A stretch of 64,000 nt of DNA from Candidatus Xenobia bacterium. Lineage in GTDB: Bacteria; Vulcanimicrobiota; Xenobia; Xenobiales; QWHO01. How positions within the stretch are numbered: the stretch's first letter is position 1; each line of letters opens with the position of its first letter. A program made the position numbers and the translations under genes. This document shows positions 29,440 through 39,362 of the stretch, one piece after another. The notes beneath the pieces are model-generated. The model worked only from the letters and a program-made list of their open reading frames with translations. It was not told the DNA's origin and did no database searches. The stretch covers positions 1 through 64,000 of the forward strand of contig BTUM01000011.1 of the NCBI GenBank assembly GCA_045863235.1, read 5' to 3'.

Positions 29440-32400
29440 CGATCCGTCTTTCCGACTACGGCGCTCATCTCGAGGACCCGACCATCGCCCGGCAGCTCGC
29501 CCAGGGCCTGCTCGGCAACGGAGGCTCGAAGCTCGATTTCACCGGGGTCGAGCGTCTGACCGAGGAGTTCGCGACCCTCCTGTTCAGCGACCTGATCCAG
29601 CAGCGCCGGCTTCGCGGCGTGCGTGAGGTGCTTCTGCTCCCCACCATCGGAGAATCCGTCCGGGGCTCCTTGATGCAAATCCTGCGCAAGCTCGATGCTG
29701 ACCATGGCCGACCCGTCCGGCCGACCCCGGAGCCCGAAGAGACGACACAGCCGCCTGCGCCCGAAGTTGAGCCTCCGCCCGAAGAGACACGAGAGCGCTA
29801 TACTCCATCGCGCCTCTACGAGCGCCTCAAGCAGAAGCTTCAGGCCTACCTCGAGTCGGCCTATCCCCTGAAGGATCCCCGGCTCATCGAGGCACGCAAG
29901 GCTTTGCTTCAGGTCCCGCCGGTCATCGCGCAAGAGCCTTACGTGGAGACGACGCCGCGCTACGCCACCCGCGAGCGCTATGCGAAGCTGAACATTCCCG
30001 CTCTCGCCAAGACCCTTCTCAGCGAGATGGCGGATGCGTCCAAGTTCGCCCGCCCGGACGGCGGCCCGCTCCTCTTCGACCCTCCTTACGGGCACCAGTC
30101 CTCGGCCCTGGAAAGCTTTCTCACCCACGGGAAAGACCTCATCGTGGCCACCGGCACGGGCTCGGGAAAGACCGAGTGTTTCCTTCTGCCCATCCTCGCC
30201 CGTCTGGCCGAGGAAGCGGTTTCTCGCCCCACGTCATTCCAACAACGGGCGGTCCGCGCTCTGGTCCTCTACCCGATGAACGCCCTGGTCAACGACCAGG
30301 TCTCACGCCTGCGGGTTCTCTTCGGACATCCAGCGCTGGGCGCCCGGATCCAGCAGGCGGCCGGGCGGCCGATCCAGTTTGCCATGTATACCAGCCGGAC
30401 ACCCTACCCCGGAATGCGCGAGGATGGGAAGGACCAGAATCGGGTCAAACCTCTGATCGAGAACTACCTCAACGGCCGCCTCTCGCAGCGTCGAGCCGAG
30501 CTCGAGGCGAAGGGTCGCTGGCCGGCCAAAGACCTGGACGGCTTCTACGGACGCCGCGGACAGCGCTGGAGAGATCGGCTGCGAACCCAGTCGGGTGACC
30601 GCGAGCTTTTGACGCGCCATGAGGTGCAGGCCACCCCCCCGGACCTGTTGGTGACGAACTACTCCATGCTCGAGTACATGCTCATGCGTCCGATCGAGCG
30701 CTCCATCTTCGACCAGACCCGGGCCTGGTTGGCCCAGGACCCGGCCAACCAGCTCGTCCTGGTGCTGGATGAGGCGCACATGTACCGAGGGGCGCGAGGC
30801 GCCGAGGTCGGTCTTCTCATCCGCCGCCTCCTGGCCCGCCTTGGCCTCGAGTCGAGCCCGCACAAGGTGCGCGTGATCTGCACCTCGGCCAGCCTGGGAA
30901 GCGATAAAGACGCACCCAAGAAGGTGGCTCGGTTTTGCGCTGATCTTACGGGCAAACATCCCGACGACTTTGCTTTCATTACCGGCGCCAGAGAGAGCTT
31001 TGACCCCACCAACGACCGCACCGAGGGCCTGGCGGACCTTCTCGCCTCGTTGTCTTTGCCGGACCTGCACGATGCGGAGGTCTCGCTCGCTGTCTCCGCA
31101 GAACCGCTGTTCAAACGCCTCGGCCTTCCCGGAGAGCACCCGGAAGCGGAGCTCTATCAAGCGTTCCGCGAGCTTCCCGAGTGCCGTGAGCTCCTGAGCC
31201 ATACGGCGGGAAAGGCAGTCTCGCTCGAGGCGCTGGCCCAGAGCCTGTTCGGGCCGCACGAGAAAGCGCGCTATGCAACGGAGGTGCTGCTGACGTTAGG
31301 GACGCTGGCCCGGCTGGGGCCCGATCAGCCAGGCCTGTTTCCGGCCCGCACGCATCTTTTCTACCGCGGTATCCCGGGGGTCTTCGCCTGTCTCAACGAG
31401 AGCTGCTCCGGCCGTCAGGGCAGCCCGGGCCAACCGGCCACGGCAGGCAAGCTGTTTCTCGAGTCCAGGACCCACTGCGATGCCTGCGGCTCTCGCGTCC
31501 TGGAGCTTGCGTCTTGCAGAGAATGCGGCTCGACCTACTTCAAAGCTCGCTTGCTGAGCGAGGACCCGCCGGAATTCCTGTGGAGCGACGAGCTAGCCAG
31601 CCTGATCGAAGTCGAGCTTCTGGCCGAGCCACCCACGGACGCCTCGCGAGCTGAGGAGTTCCGCGTGGACCTCTTGACCGGATACCTGAACTCTTCCCAG
31701 CCGGGGGCCCGCTCGCGCTCGCTCTGGATGAGCCGCCACCAGGAAAGGGGACGCGAGGTAGAGTTCTCGACCTGCCCGGTGTGCCTGAGCCTGGCGCGCA
31801 AACCTGTCCTCGATCTGCGCACCAAAGGCGAGCAGTCTTTCACGGCCCTGGTGGAGACCATGTTCGCGGAGCAGCCTCCTCAGATCAAGAGCACAAGAGA
31901 GTTTCCCAATGCCGGAAGAAAGGTGCTCTGCTTCTCCGACGGTCGGCAGAAAGCTGCCCGCCTGGTCCCCGCCATCGAGCAAAACCACATGCGCGACACC
32001 TTTCGCCAGCTGCTCTGCCTGGCAGCCGAACGGGTCGGCGAGGAGCTCCGCAGGCCCCCAACCCTGGATCGGGTTTACACCGGGGTTTTGAAGACCGTTG
32101 CCGAGCAAAGACTTGCCCTCAGCGAGAGACTTTACAAGGACACGGTTCTTCTCAACGATCTGAGCCTGGCGCGCGATCTCAACCTGATCAGCCTGGTCGG
32201 TGCGACGGACCCGCAGCGCCACGCGCCCGGCTATGCCCATCTGCTGTACCAGGAGGTCTGCGATCGCTATTACAGCCTGCCCCCTTTGGGGCTGGGCAGC
32301 TATATCGAGGCTCCCTCTGTCTGGACCCAGCTCAAGTGTCGTCCGCTTCCCGACCTGGGCTGGTCGGAAGACCAGTTTTTGACGTTCCTGCGTCTCTGGA

Positions 32401-35156
32401 TCCGCGTTCAGCTCGAGCGCAGGTGCTTCCGGGCCCTGGGAGTCAGTCTCTACGATCTCGGGCGCGAAGATCAGATCTGGCCGGAAGGGATCGAGATCCG
32501 CAAAGAGGGCCAGTGGCTCCCGCGCAAAGTTAACCGCTATTTGCAAGCGCTCGCCCTGGGCGACGAGGATATGGCGCTGCTGCTCGAGTGGCTCCAGGCC
32601 CACGTGTCCGGCACCAAGCTCCTTTACAGCGAGCAGCAGAAGTATTACATCGACGAGCTCGGTCTACAGCTCGATCTCAGTCGAGAAGGCTGGCACCTCT
32701 GCCAGCGTTGTAACCGCCTGCACCGATTCTTCCTCGAGAACTTGTGTCCCGACTGTTGTGGTGCTATGCATCCGCTGGAGGACAGACAGGAGGCGGTTGA
32801 GTCCCGTCGCGGCTACTACCGCCAACAGGTGGAACGAGCCCTCAAGCGGGAGGGCATCGAGCCCTTCGGTCTGTTCGCTGCCGAGCATTCCGCGCAGCTG
32901 GCGACTCAGGGCGATTTCGAGGACCTGGCGCGTACGGAGGAATACGAGCTGCGCTTTCAGGACATCCTGCTCGACGATACCGAGCCGCCCGTGGACGTCC
33001 TCAGCTGCACCACGACCATGGAGGTCGGCATCGACATTGGCACACTCAGCGCTGTGGCGCTGCACAACGTTCCTCCGCACGTCTCCAATTACCAGCAGCG
33101 AGCTGGTCGAGCCGGTCGTCGCGGTCGCGGGGTCGCCGGTGTCATCACCTTTGCGCAGGGCGGCACCCACGACGCGTACTTTTTCCAGAAGCCGGACCTC
33201 ATCATCACGGGTGACGTCCAGCCTCCCGTGGTCTATATCGAAAACCGGGAGATCTCGGTCCGTCATGCGCGCGCTTTCGTCTTGCAGACCTTCTTCCACG
33301 AAACGGTGCCATCGACCGGAAGCCCGCAACTCTTTGCCACGCTCGGAACGATCCGAGAGTTCCTTGCCCCTGGCCCTTGCTCGCTCGCGGCTCTCGAGAG
33401 CTGGCTCCAGGGTCACGGTGCCGGGGCTCGCCAACGCTTACTGGCCTGGCTGCCGAAGACTAGTCACTGGCTGGGTGAGGAGATTCCGGAGAGCCTGCGG
33501 GAAGATATCGCCGACGAGGCCACGTTAAAGCTTCCCGACCGCATCCGCGAGGTTCTGCCCCTGGACCAGTTCGCGCGCTATCAGGAGCTGACGCAGAGCG
33601 AGCGGGATCGCCTCGACCTCCTTCTGGACGCCACTTTGTTACAACACCTGATCGAGCGAGCGGTCCTCCCGCGCTACGCCTTCCCGACCGATGTAGTGAG
33701 TCTGCATATCTTCGAGCCGCGCGAGCGGAACAAGCCTCCAAAGTACAAGTATCAGCCCCAGCGTGATCTCCGCATCGCCCTGAGTGAGTATGCTCCGGCG
33801 GCCGAGTTGACCATCGACAAGTATTTATACACGGTCCGGGCTCTTTACTCGCCCTTCCAGGCCAATCCCAGAGAGCCGCTCGAGCACGCCTCTTATCACA
33901 TCTCCTGCGTTGCCAACAAAGACGGTTGCGGGTTCGTCACGGTCAGCCCCGAGCCGAGCGACCTGATCGTCTGTCCGGTCTGTAACGGAGAGCTCGACTG
34001 TCAGGTCTTCGTTCGGCCGCCGGGCTTTGCACCCGACGTGAATCAGGAGGCCAAGCTGGACAAGGGAGGCTCCTCCCACCGCTCAGGTTTCGCGACCCGG
34101 GCTCGGATGGAGGTGCCTCTCGATTCCGGACCCGGAAACTGGAAGCCGGGCCCCGTTCTCCAGCTCCAGACGCGCCACGACACGGTGCCCCTGATCAGCG
34201 TGAACAAAGGCATTCAGAATCGCGGCTTCCTGATGTGCCGCCTGTGCGGGTGCATCGATCCGGTCGAAGGCCCTGGTTACCCGCGCGGAGTTCTTCACCA
34301 AGCGGGTCGTCGGGGAAAGCAGGGAGACAACACCCATAATCACCCCATCCAGCGGGGGGACGTCTGCACGGGCGACTTGGCCCCTCCCTTCTACCTCGGG
34401 CACCGCTTCATCACGGACGTTCTGGTCCTCCGGGTCGAGATGGCTCCGCCACTCACCTGTGACACCAGGCGCCCGGCTGTGAGGGCGGCTCTGACCACTC
34501 TCTCAGAGGCTTTGCTCCAAGCGGCCTCCCGCGTGCTGCAGATCGACGAGGGCGAGATGGAGGCAAACTGGAGTCCTGTGCAGGCCAGCGTGGGACGCTA
34601 CGTCGATCTGTACCTCTACGACGTCCTTCCCGGCGGAGCTGGTTTTGCGCGCGAGAGCCAGGAACGACTGGAGGAAGTCCTCAAGGCCACCGGGGAGCTT
34701 CTGGCGCCGGCCAGCTGCTCGTGCGAAGCCTCGTGCTACCGGTGCCTACGCAACTACACGAACCAGTTTTACCATGGGATGTTGGACCGGGGCCTGGGCT
34801 ACGATCTGCTCTCTTACATCATGACCGGCGCGGTGCCGGCGCTTGCCCCCGATAAGGAAGAGCTGGCCCTGACAGGTCTGTGCCAGGCGCTGGCTCTCCA
34901 CGGCATCCCTGCAGCACTGCGCCAGACCGCCGAGGGACTCGAGGGCCCGATCACTGTGCCGCTGGTGGCCGGGCAAGGAGACGCTACCCTCTGGGTCGCA
35001 GCTCACCATCCTCTAGTCGAGCGGGCCCTGTCGGAGCACTGGCTGGATGAAGCGGGCCTGATGCTGGCCCAGCCCGTGCACCTGGCGGACGCCTACCAGG
35101 CTGAGCACCAGTTGCCGCTCGCATTCGAGGAGCTGCGAAGAGCGCTGAGTCCCTAG
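29436..35156 (+). CDS. Large DEAD/DEAH helicase with DUF1998 (DruE-like) and N-terminal STAS-like domain
   Basis: TGTGSGKTE, YPMNALVNDQ, TNYSMLEYMLMRP, DEAH, FSDGRQKAA, TTTMEVGIDIG, YQQRAGRAGR, YDVLPGGAGF, CSCEASCYRCL, plus several CxxC pairs. Confidence 0.9.
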   Translation: MTIRLSDYGAHLEDPTIARQLAQGLLGNGGSKLDFTGVERLTEEFATLLFSDLIQQRRLRGVREVLLLPTIGESVRGSLMQILRKLDADHGRPVRPTPEPEETTQPPAPEVEPPPEETRERYTPSRLYERLKQKLQAYLESAYPLKDPRLIEARKALLQVPPVIAQEPYVETTPRYATRERYAKLNIPALAKTLLSEMADASKFARPDGGPLLFDPPYGHQSSALESFLTHGKDLIVATGTGSGKTECFLLPILARLAEEAVSRPTSFQQRAVRALVLYPMNALVNDQVSRLRVLFGHPALGARIQQAAGRPIQFAMYTSRTPYPGMREDGKDQNRVKPLIENYLNGRLSQRRAELEAKGRWPAKDLDGFYGRRGQRWRDRLRTQSGDRELLTRHEVQATPPDLLVTNYSMLEYMLMRPIERSIFDQTRAWLAQDPANQLVLVLDEAHMYRGARGAEVGLLIRRLLARLGLESSPHKVRVICTSASLGSDKDAPKKVARFCADLTGKHPDDFAFITGARESFDPTNDRTEGLADLLASLSLPDLHDAEVSLAVSAEPLFKRLGLPGEHPEAELYQAFRELPECRELLSHTAGKAVSLEALAQSLFGPHEKARYATEVLLTLGTLARLGPDQPGLFPARTHLFYRGIPGVFACLNESCSGRQGSPGQPATAGKLFLESRTHCDACGSRVLELASCRECGSTYFKARLLSEDPPEFLWSDELASLIEVELLAEPPTDASRAEEFRVDLLTGYLNSSQPGARSRSLWMSRHQERGREVEFSTCPVCLSLARKPVLDLRTKGEQSFTALVETMFAEQPPQIKSTREFPNAGRKVLCFSDGRQKAARLVPAIEQNHMRDTFRQLLCLAAERVGEELRRPPTLDRVYTGVLKTVAEQRLALSERLYKDTVLLNDLSLARDLNLISLVGATDPQRHAPGYAHLLYQEVCDRYYSLPPLGLGSYIEAPSVWTQLKCRPLPDLGWSEDQFLTFLRLWIRVQLERRCFRALGVSLYDLGREDQIWPEGIEIRKEGQWLPRKVNRYLQALALGDEDMALLLEWLQAHVSGTKLLYSEQQKYYIDELGLQLDLSREGWHLCQRCNRLHRFFLENLCPDCCGAMHPLEDRQEAVESRRGYYRQQVERALKREGIEPFGLFAAEHSAQLATQGDFEDLARTEEYELRFQDILLDDTEPPVDVLSCTTTMEVGIDIGTLSAVALHNVPPHVSNYQQRAGRAGRRGRGVAGVITFAQGGTHDAYFFQKPDLIITGDVQPPVVYIENREISVRHARAFVLQTFFHETVPSTGSPQLFATLGTIREFLAPGPCSLAALESWLQGHGAGARQRLLAWLPKTSHWLGEEIPESLREDIADEATLKLPDRIREVLPLDQFARYQELTQSERDRLDLLLDATLLQHLIERAVLPRYAFPTDVVSLHIFEPRERNKPPKYKYQPQRDLRIALSEYAPAAELTIDKYLYTVRALYSPFQANPREPLEHASYHISCVANKDGCGFVTVSPEPSDLIVCPVCNGELDCQVFVRPPGFAPDVNQEAKLDKGGSSHRSGFATRARMEVPLDSGPGNWKPGPVLQLQTRHDTVPLISVNKGIQNRGFLMCRLCGCIDPVEGPGYPRGVLHQAGRRGKQGDNTHNHPIQRGDVCTGDLAPPFYLGHRFITDVLVLRVEMAPPLTCDTRRPAVRAALTTLSEALLQAASRVLQIDEGEMEANWSPVQASVGRYVDLYLYDVLPGGAGFARESQERLEEVLKATGELLAPASCSCEASCYRCLRNYTNQFYHGMLDRGLGYDLLSYIMTGAVPALAPDKEELALTGLCQALALHGIPAALRQTAEGLEGPITVPLVAGQGDATLWVAAHHPLVERALSEHWLDEAGLMLAQPVHLADAYQAEHQLPLAFEELRRALSP

Positions 35157-36265
35157 AGATAGATTTCCGATGCGCGCGTCAGAGTGAGGGTGGTTTCATC
35201 GGTCAATGTCGCTCGCAGGACACGGATGCGGGAGTTCCTCGGGAATTGCCGCAGGGAGACACCGAAGGTAGGCTCCGCCAGGACATCGACCTCCCGGTTT
35301 TGCCCGTCGACTGCGGTCAGGGAGGCGTCCGAACGCGGCTGAGTCACTCGAAGCTCCCGGTCGATCAGGTGAGAATCCAACGGCGGGGCCTCCCAGTAAG
35401 CGTCACACAGCTGACGGACGGCACAAAATCGGCAGACCTCCGGTTCGGGCCGGGCTTCGACTAGGCCTCGCCCCAACTGGGAACGCCAAGAATCGATCTC
35501 TCGGCCCAGGCGGCGCTCGAGCTCCAGGAGTTGCGGTTCCGTCGGACGGACCTCAAGCGACCTGCCCGAGACGGGAACCACTCGCAGAAGAGCGGGCAGT
35601 CGCCCGCGAGCCCGCCACCAGAGCAAGCCATATAGGGCGATCTGGTCTCGGTAAGCCTCGCTCATCTCTCCCGACTTGTAGTCGGTGATCCAGTCTCCGT
35701 CGGGACGAATCTGCACCAGGTCAAGGATTCCTTTGAGGGGCAGCGTCGGGTGCTCGACGAGGCACTCTCCCAGAGTCTGGTAGTCTCCGGTGTGGCTCTC
35801 GCGTTGCGGGCTGGGCGAAGTGCGCCCTTCCCAGGTGGACCTCAGGAGTCGCAGCACGGTGTTGCGCACCTCCAGCGCATCGATTCCGAGCCCTGTCTCG
35901 CGCCACGCGCGGGGGTTCTGTCGGAGGCGGACCAACGCGCGCTCTAACAGGGCGTCCGTCCTGGTCTTGAAATCGAAACTCTTGAGCGCCTCCCCGGCCT
36001 CACGGGTTCCAAGCGGCGGAGAGCCCTTCTGGATCAGCCAGGCGATCAGCTCCTTCATCAGGGCGTGAACGACCTGGCCCTGCGCGGAGCGAGAATTGTA
36101 GGGAGAGGGATAGCACCCCGAGAGCCCCGGGTAGGTCGAGTTCTCCAGCTGCCAGCGCCTCGGGCACTGGCGCAGCGCAGTCAGCGCGGAGAAGCTGAAT
36201 TTGTGCGGAGCTTCGGCCAGACGAAGGGGCTGAGAGTTGAAGTAAAGCTCGGGCGCCGGCGTCAC
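35153..36265 (-). CDS. PD-(D/E)XK RecB/Cas4-like nuclease with probable Fe-S cluster
   Basis: SFSALTALRQCPRRW, LKGILDL...ITDYKSG, QIALY, CRFCAVRQLC. GTG start overlaps the EVE gene stop. Confidence 0.85.
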   Translation of the reverse strand: MTPAPELYFNSQPLRLAEAPHKFSFSALTALRQCPRRWQLENSTYPGLSGCYPSPYNSRSAQGQVVHALMKELIAWLIQKGSPPLGTREAGEALKSFDFKTRTDALLERALVRLRQNPRAWRETGLGIDALEVRNTVLRLLRSTWEGRTSPSPQRESHTGDYQTLGECLVEHPTLPLKGILDLVQIRPDGDWITDYKSGEMSEAYRDQIALYGLLWWRARGRLPALLRVVPVSGRSLEVRPTEPQLLELERRLGREIDSWRSQLGRGLVEARPEPEVCRFCAVRQLCDAYWEAPPLDSHLIDRELRVTQPRSDASLTAVDGQNREVDVLAEPTFGVSLRQFPRNSRIRVLRATLTDETTLTLTRASEIYL

Positions 36266-36705
36266 GCGAGATGAAGGGAACCGCCGACTTCCGCCCCACC
36301 CAGAATGCCCCTCAGGTAATCGTAATCGCTCCCAGGAATCTCGATGAATCCCCCGCGGCAAAAGAGCATGTTGGTCGGGACCGTGTTGTTGAGCTCGCGG
36401 AAGACGTCGAGGAACCAGAGGCTATCCCCTACTGGCCTCCGTACCCCGGTCTCCAGGAACTTGACCCGACAGCGGTTGGGGTAGTTCTGGCCTTCTCCAA
36501 AGATCGGCTTGGTATCTTCGAAGGGGGACCCGTCGATCAATCCGTGCCCGTCCAGGCATTGCACCTGGGTCAGATAGACAATGAAGCGGTCGCCCTTGGC
36601 CAGGTCGGCGAAGCGCTTGCGGTGGTGCTTGAGCACGCCAATCGTGCCGTGCTGCTGGACTTTCTCATAGGTGTCGGGGCGGAAGGCCAGGAGCCAGTTG
36701 CGCAT
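36262..36705 (-). CDS. EVE-domain (PUA-like) protein
   Basis: MRNWLL...LAKGDRFIVYL...PFED..PIF...YPNR...GFIEIPGSDY matches the EVE pattern. Confidence 0.78.
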   Translation of the reverse strand: MRNWLLAFRPDTYEKVQQHGTIGVLKHHRKRFADLAKGDRFIVYLTQVQCLDGHGLIDGSPFEDTKPIFGEGQNYPNRCRVKFLETGVRRPVGDSLWFLDVFRELNNTVPTNMLFCRGGFIEIPGSDYDYLRGILGGAEVGGSLHLA

Positions 36706-37024
36706 GCTTGCGGCTCTTCGTCGGCACCTGGTCCTGACCTCTCGGCAGGCAGCTCCCTCACTTCTCGAAAAGTCTGGACGCGGTTGATGACCGACGGTTT
36801 GGGTCGCGGGAAACCGTCTATTCTGGCCGCTGCTGCTCGCCTGAGCCGGCCTGCGGGTCGTTTCGCTTGGGGCGACTTTCAAGATAGGAGCAGACCATAT
36901 CGTAGCCAAGATTCAGGAGGATCGGTCCAGCCGCTATCGGGAGTTCAGTAGCCACTGTCATGCCAGGCTTACGGTCTAAATCTGCGTCTGGGGGCGGCTC
37001 ACTCTTCGTGAGGTCCTCCTTGGG

Positions 37025-37215
37025 GGTGCGACCTTCGCCTCCTCTGCTACGGCCGTGCGTAGGACGGAATTTGGCAATTTTCTTCTGCTCAACAGCCCGA
37101 CGTTCCCGGGCTGTAGTACCATCTCGGGCCACTTTGAACTCGAAGGTTTCGCCGATGCTTGGGTCTAGAGGAGACCAGTCCGGAGATGCCGTTTCATCCT
37201 GCGAAGAAGCAGGTA
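37025..37215 (-). pseudogene. Probable frameshifted GIY-YIG-like nuclease remnant
   Basis: One frame reads LLRRMKRHLRTGLL*. Another reads FEFKVARDGTTARERRAVEQKKIAKFRPTHGRSRGGEGR. No intact N-terminus. Confidence 0.35.
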
Positions 37216-37263
37216 GCCGATCAATCTAGAGGTAGGGACAGACGCTCTCCGGAAGTGTAATCT

Positions 37264-38664
37264 GTGAACACTCTGCCTCGACCCATTGGCCGCCAGAAAG
37301 AGGTTCTCTGCTTACCAGCGACTGGGCACACCGTTGTCCTTGGTACCGCTGGCAGCGGCAAGACGACGCTCGCGATCCACCGTGCGGCTTTTCTAGCCAA
37401 CCCCATGACCGACCACAGTGGGCGCACGCTTTTGGTCACATTTAATCGATGCCTGGTGGCGTACCTCAAAGCGCTAGGCGGAAGGCTCGGACAGGTCGAC
37501 GTTCATAACTATCACAAGTTTGCGCGCGGCTATCTTGCCCGTCGCGGCAGGATGGGATGGAACTCCATATGCAACGCGGACTCGATGGAGACTTTCTGCC
37601 GCCAAGCCGTCGCCGCGGCCAAAGAATCCGGAAAACGCAACCCGATCCTCGACCGCCCCATTGAATTCCTCGTGGAAGAATTCCGGTGGGTTGCCCAAAA
37701 TGGGATCAGGAACCTAGTCGACTACCTTGGTGCCGAGGACGCCGGTCGCTTGGGTTCTCGCGTTTCAGACATCGACCGAGAGCCAGTGTTTTCTGCCTAC
37801 GAGCGGTACCGAGCTATCCGGGATGCGAGCGGCAAGCACTACGACTGGGACGACGTTGCCCAGACGGTAATCTCCGAGTTCGAGTCCGATAGTGACAAGC
37901 GCTTCTACACGCACGTGATTATTGACGAGGGGCAGGACTTTTCGCCGGTGATGATTCGATCACTGGCTTTAGCGGTCCCCGAAAACGGAAGTCTCACATT
38001 TTTTGGCGACATGGCACAACAAATCTATGGAAACAAGATCTCGTGGCGAACTGCCGGCCTCTCGGTGCTGGATCACAATGTGTGGAGGTTCGAGGAAAAC
38101 TACCGCAACACGAAGCAGGTCGCCCAACTTGCCCTCGCCATCGCAAAGTCGCAATACTACCGAGGTGTAGCGGACCTCGTCGAGCCGAAATTCCCTGCTG
38201 CCGATGGACCACTGCCTGCCCAGGTGGCGTTCTCTTCGGAGGCTGAGGAGATACGCTTCGTTGTAGACATGGCGCAGAAGCTTGCTCAGACAGGAACCGT
38301 GGCTGTTCTGTTCCGTGACCGTGAACTCGAAAAGCAGCTCCCGGACCTCGCATCTATTCCGACGACCCGTCTTCATCGCGAACTTGAGACTTGGCCTGCG
38401 GGCCCAGGCCTGTTCTATGGTACATATCACTCGGCCAAGGGGCTTGAGTTTGATTCGGTGCTTATCCCCTATGCGACGAGTTCGCGGCTGCCGCATCCGG
38501 ACGATGTCGTTGCGTTCGGGGCGGAGGAGGCATGCGCGAGAGACGTGAAGCTGCTCTATGTGGCTGTTACGCGGGCGAAGCTAAACCTCATCATTACTCA
38601 CACGGGGGATCCCACGCCATTCCTGCCAGCCGGCGCCGGGCTGCTGCAAAGAAGCCGACGGTGA
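37264..38664 (+). CDS. Compact UvrD/Rep-like SF1 helicase
   Basis: GTAGSGKT, VTFN, IDEGQD, GDMAQQIY, NYRNT, HSAKGLEFD, LYVAVTRA. Confidence 0.9.
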   Translation: MNTLPRPIGRQKEVLCLPATGHTVVLGTAGSGKTTLAIHRAAFLANPMTDHSGRTLLVTFNRCLVAYLKALGGRLGQVDVHNYHKFARGYLARRGRMGWNSICNADSMETFCRQAVAAAKESGKRNPILDRPIEFLVEEFRWVAQNGIRNLVDYLGAEDAGRLGSRVSDIDREPVFSAYERYRAIRDASGKHYDWDDVAQTVISEFESDSDKRFYTHVIIDEGQDFSPVMIRSLALAVPENGSLTFFGDMAQQIYGNKISWRTAGLSVLDHNVWRFEENYRNTKQVAQLALAIAKSQYYRGVADLVEPKFPAADGPLPAQVAFSSEAEEIRFVVDMAQKLAQTGTVAVLFRDRELEKQLPDLASIPTTRLHRELETWPAGPGLFYGTYHSAKGLEFDSVLIPYATSSRLPHPDDVVAFGAEEACARDVKLLYVAVTRAKLNLIITHTGDPTPFLPAGAGLLQRSRR

Positions 38665-39362
38665 GCGCCTCGATTCGAGCGAGCGTACAGTCGCGCGATA
38701 TTACAAGACTCTGCCATTTCACGCCCTCCCGGAATCTGATGCACATCGCCACAGACCCGAGCGGGCTCCTGGCTTCAGCTCGGCTGCGGGAAGACGAGAA
38801 GGCGGTGTTCAACGCGACTGATCGCCAGCGATTAGACGGCTGCCCGGACTATGTCTGCTGTTCCATCCAGTACCCCAACGCCTGGTATTTCCGGAGAGCT
38901 CGCGAAAATGAGAGTATCTTTAAAGACTGGGTAGTCGTGCTCATCAAGGCCCACCATTTGTGGGCTGCCGGAACGAAATTCTGCCCGCGCAACGCAGCGG
39001 CAAACTCTGGCCGAGACGTTGAAGAGGGGGACATCGCGTTCGAGTCGATGTTCGCACCTACTGTCGTAGGTGCCCACGGAAGGACCTTTACGCGATCGAC
39101 TACACATCCCCTTTGGCTCCCTACCGACGAACAGGCTGAGGTGCTTATTCCCGACCGCGTCGCTCGGGAAGATATCATTGCCGTAGCAGTGGCGGATGAA
39201 TCGCAGGCGAAGCGGGAGCACGCCCGCCTGACCCAGCTAAAGGTTGATCTGCCGGCAATCCTGATGATTCCCGACTTTTTTCGACCTAATTCGCTCAGCG
39301 CCCAGTTACGGAGTGGACGCGTGCCGACCGAGATATCCTTTCGACCGGGAGGTTGTCATTGA
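38661..39362 (+). CDS. darT: DarT-family (DUF4433) DNA ADP-ribosyltransferase, DarT1-like
   Basis: LCHFTPSRNL, D.QRLDG, CCSIQYPN, NAA, PTDEQAEVL (catalytic E). GTGA-coupled to the helicase. Confidence 0.82.
   Translation: MSASIRASVQSRDITRLCHFTPSRNLMHIATDPSGLLASARLREDEKAVFNATDRQRLDGCPDYVCCSIQYPNAWYFRRARENESIFKDWVVVLIKAHHLWAAGTKFCPRNAAANSGRDVEEGDIAFESMFAPTVVGAHGRTFTRSTTHPLWLPTDEQAEVLIPDRVAREDIIAVAVADESQAKREHARLTQLKVDLPAILMIPDFFRPNSLSAQLRSGRVPTEISFRPGGCH

Noticed and set aside
35153..36265. Cas4 / CRISPR-Cas locus
   Set aside because: No cas1/cas2 and no repeat-spacer array seen anywhere in the window.
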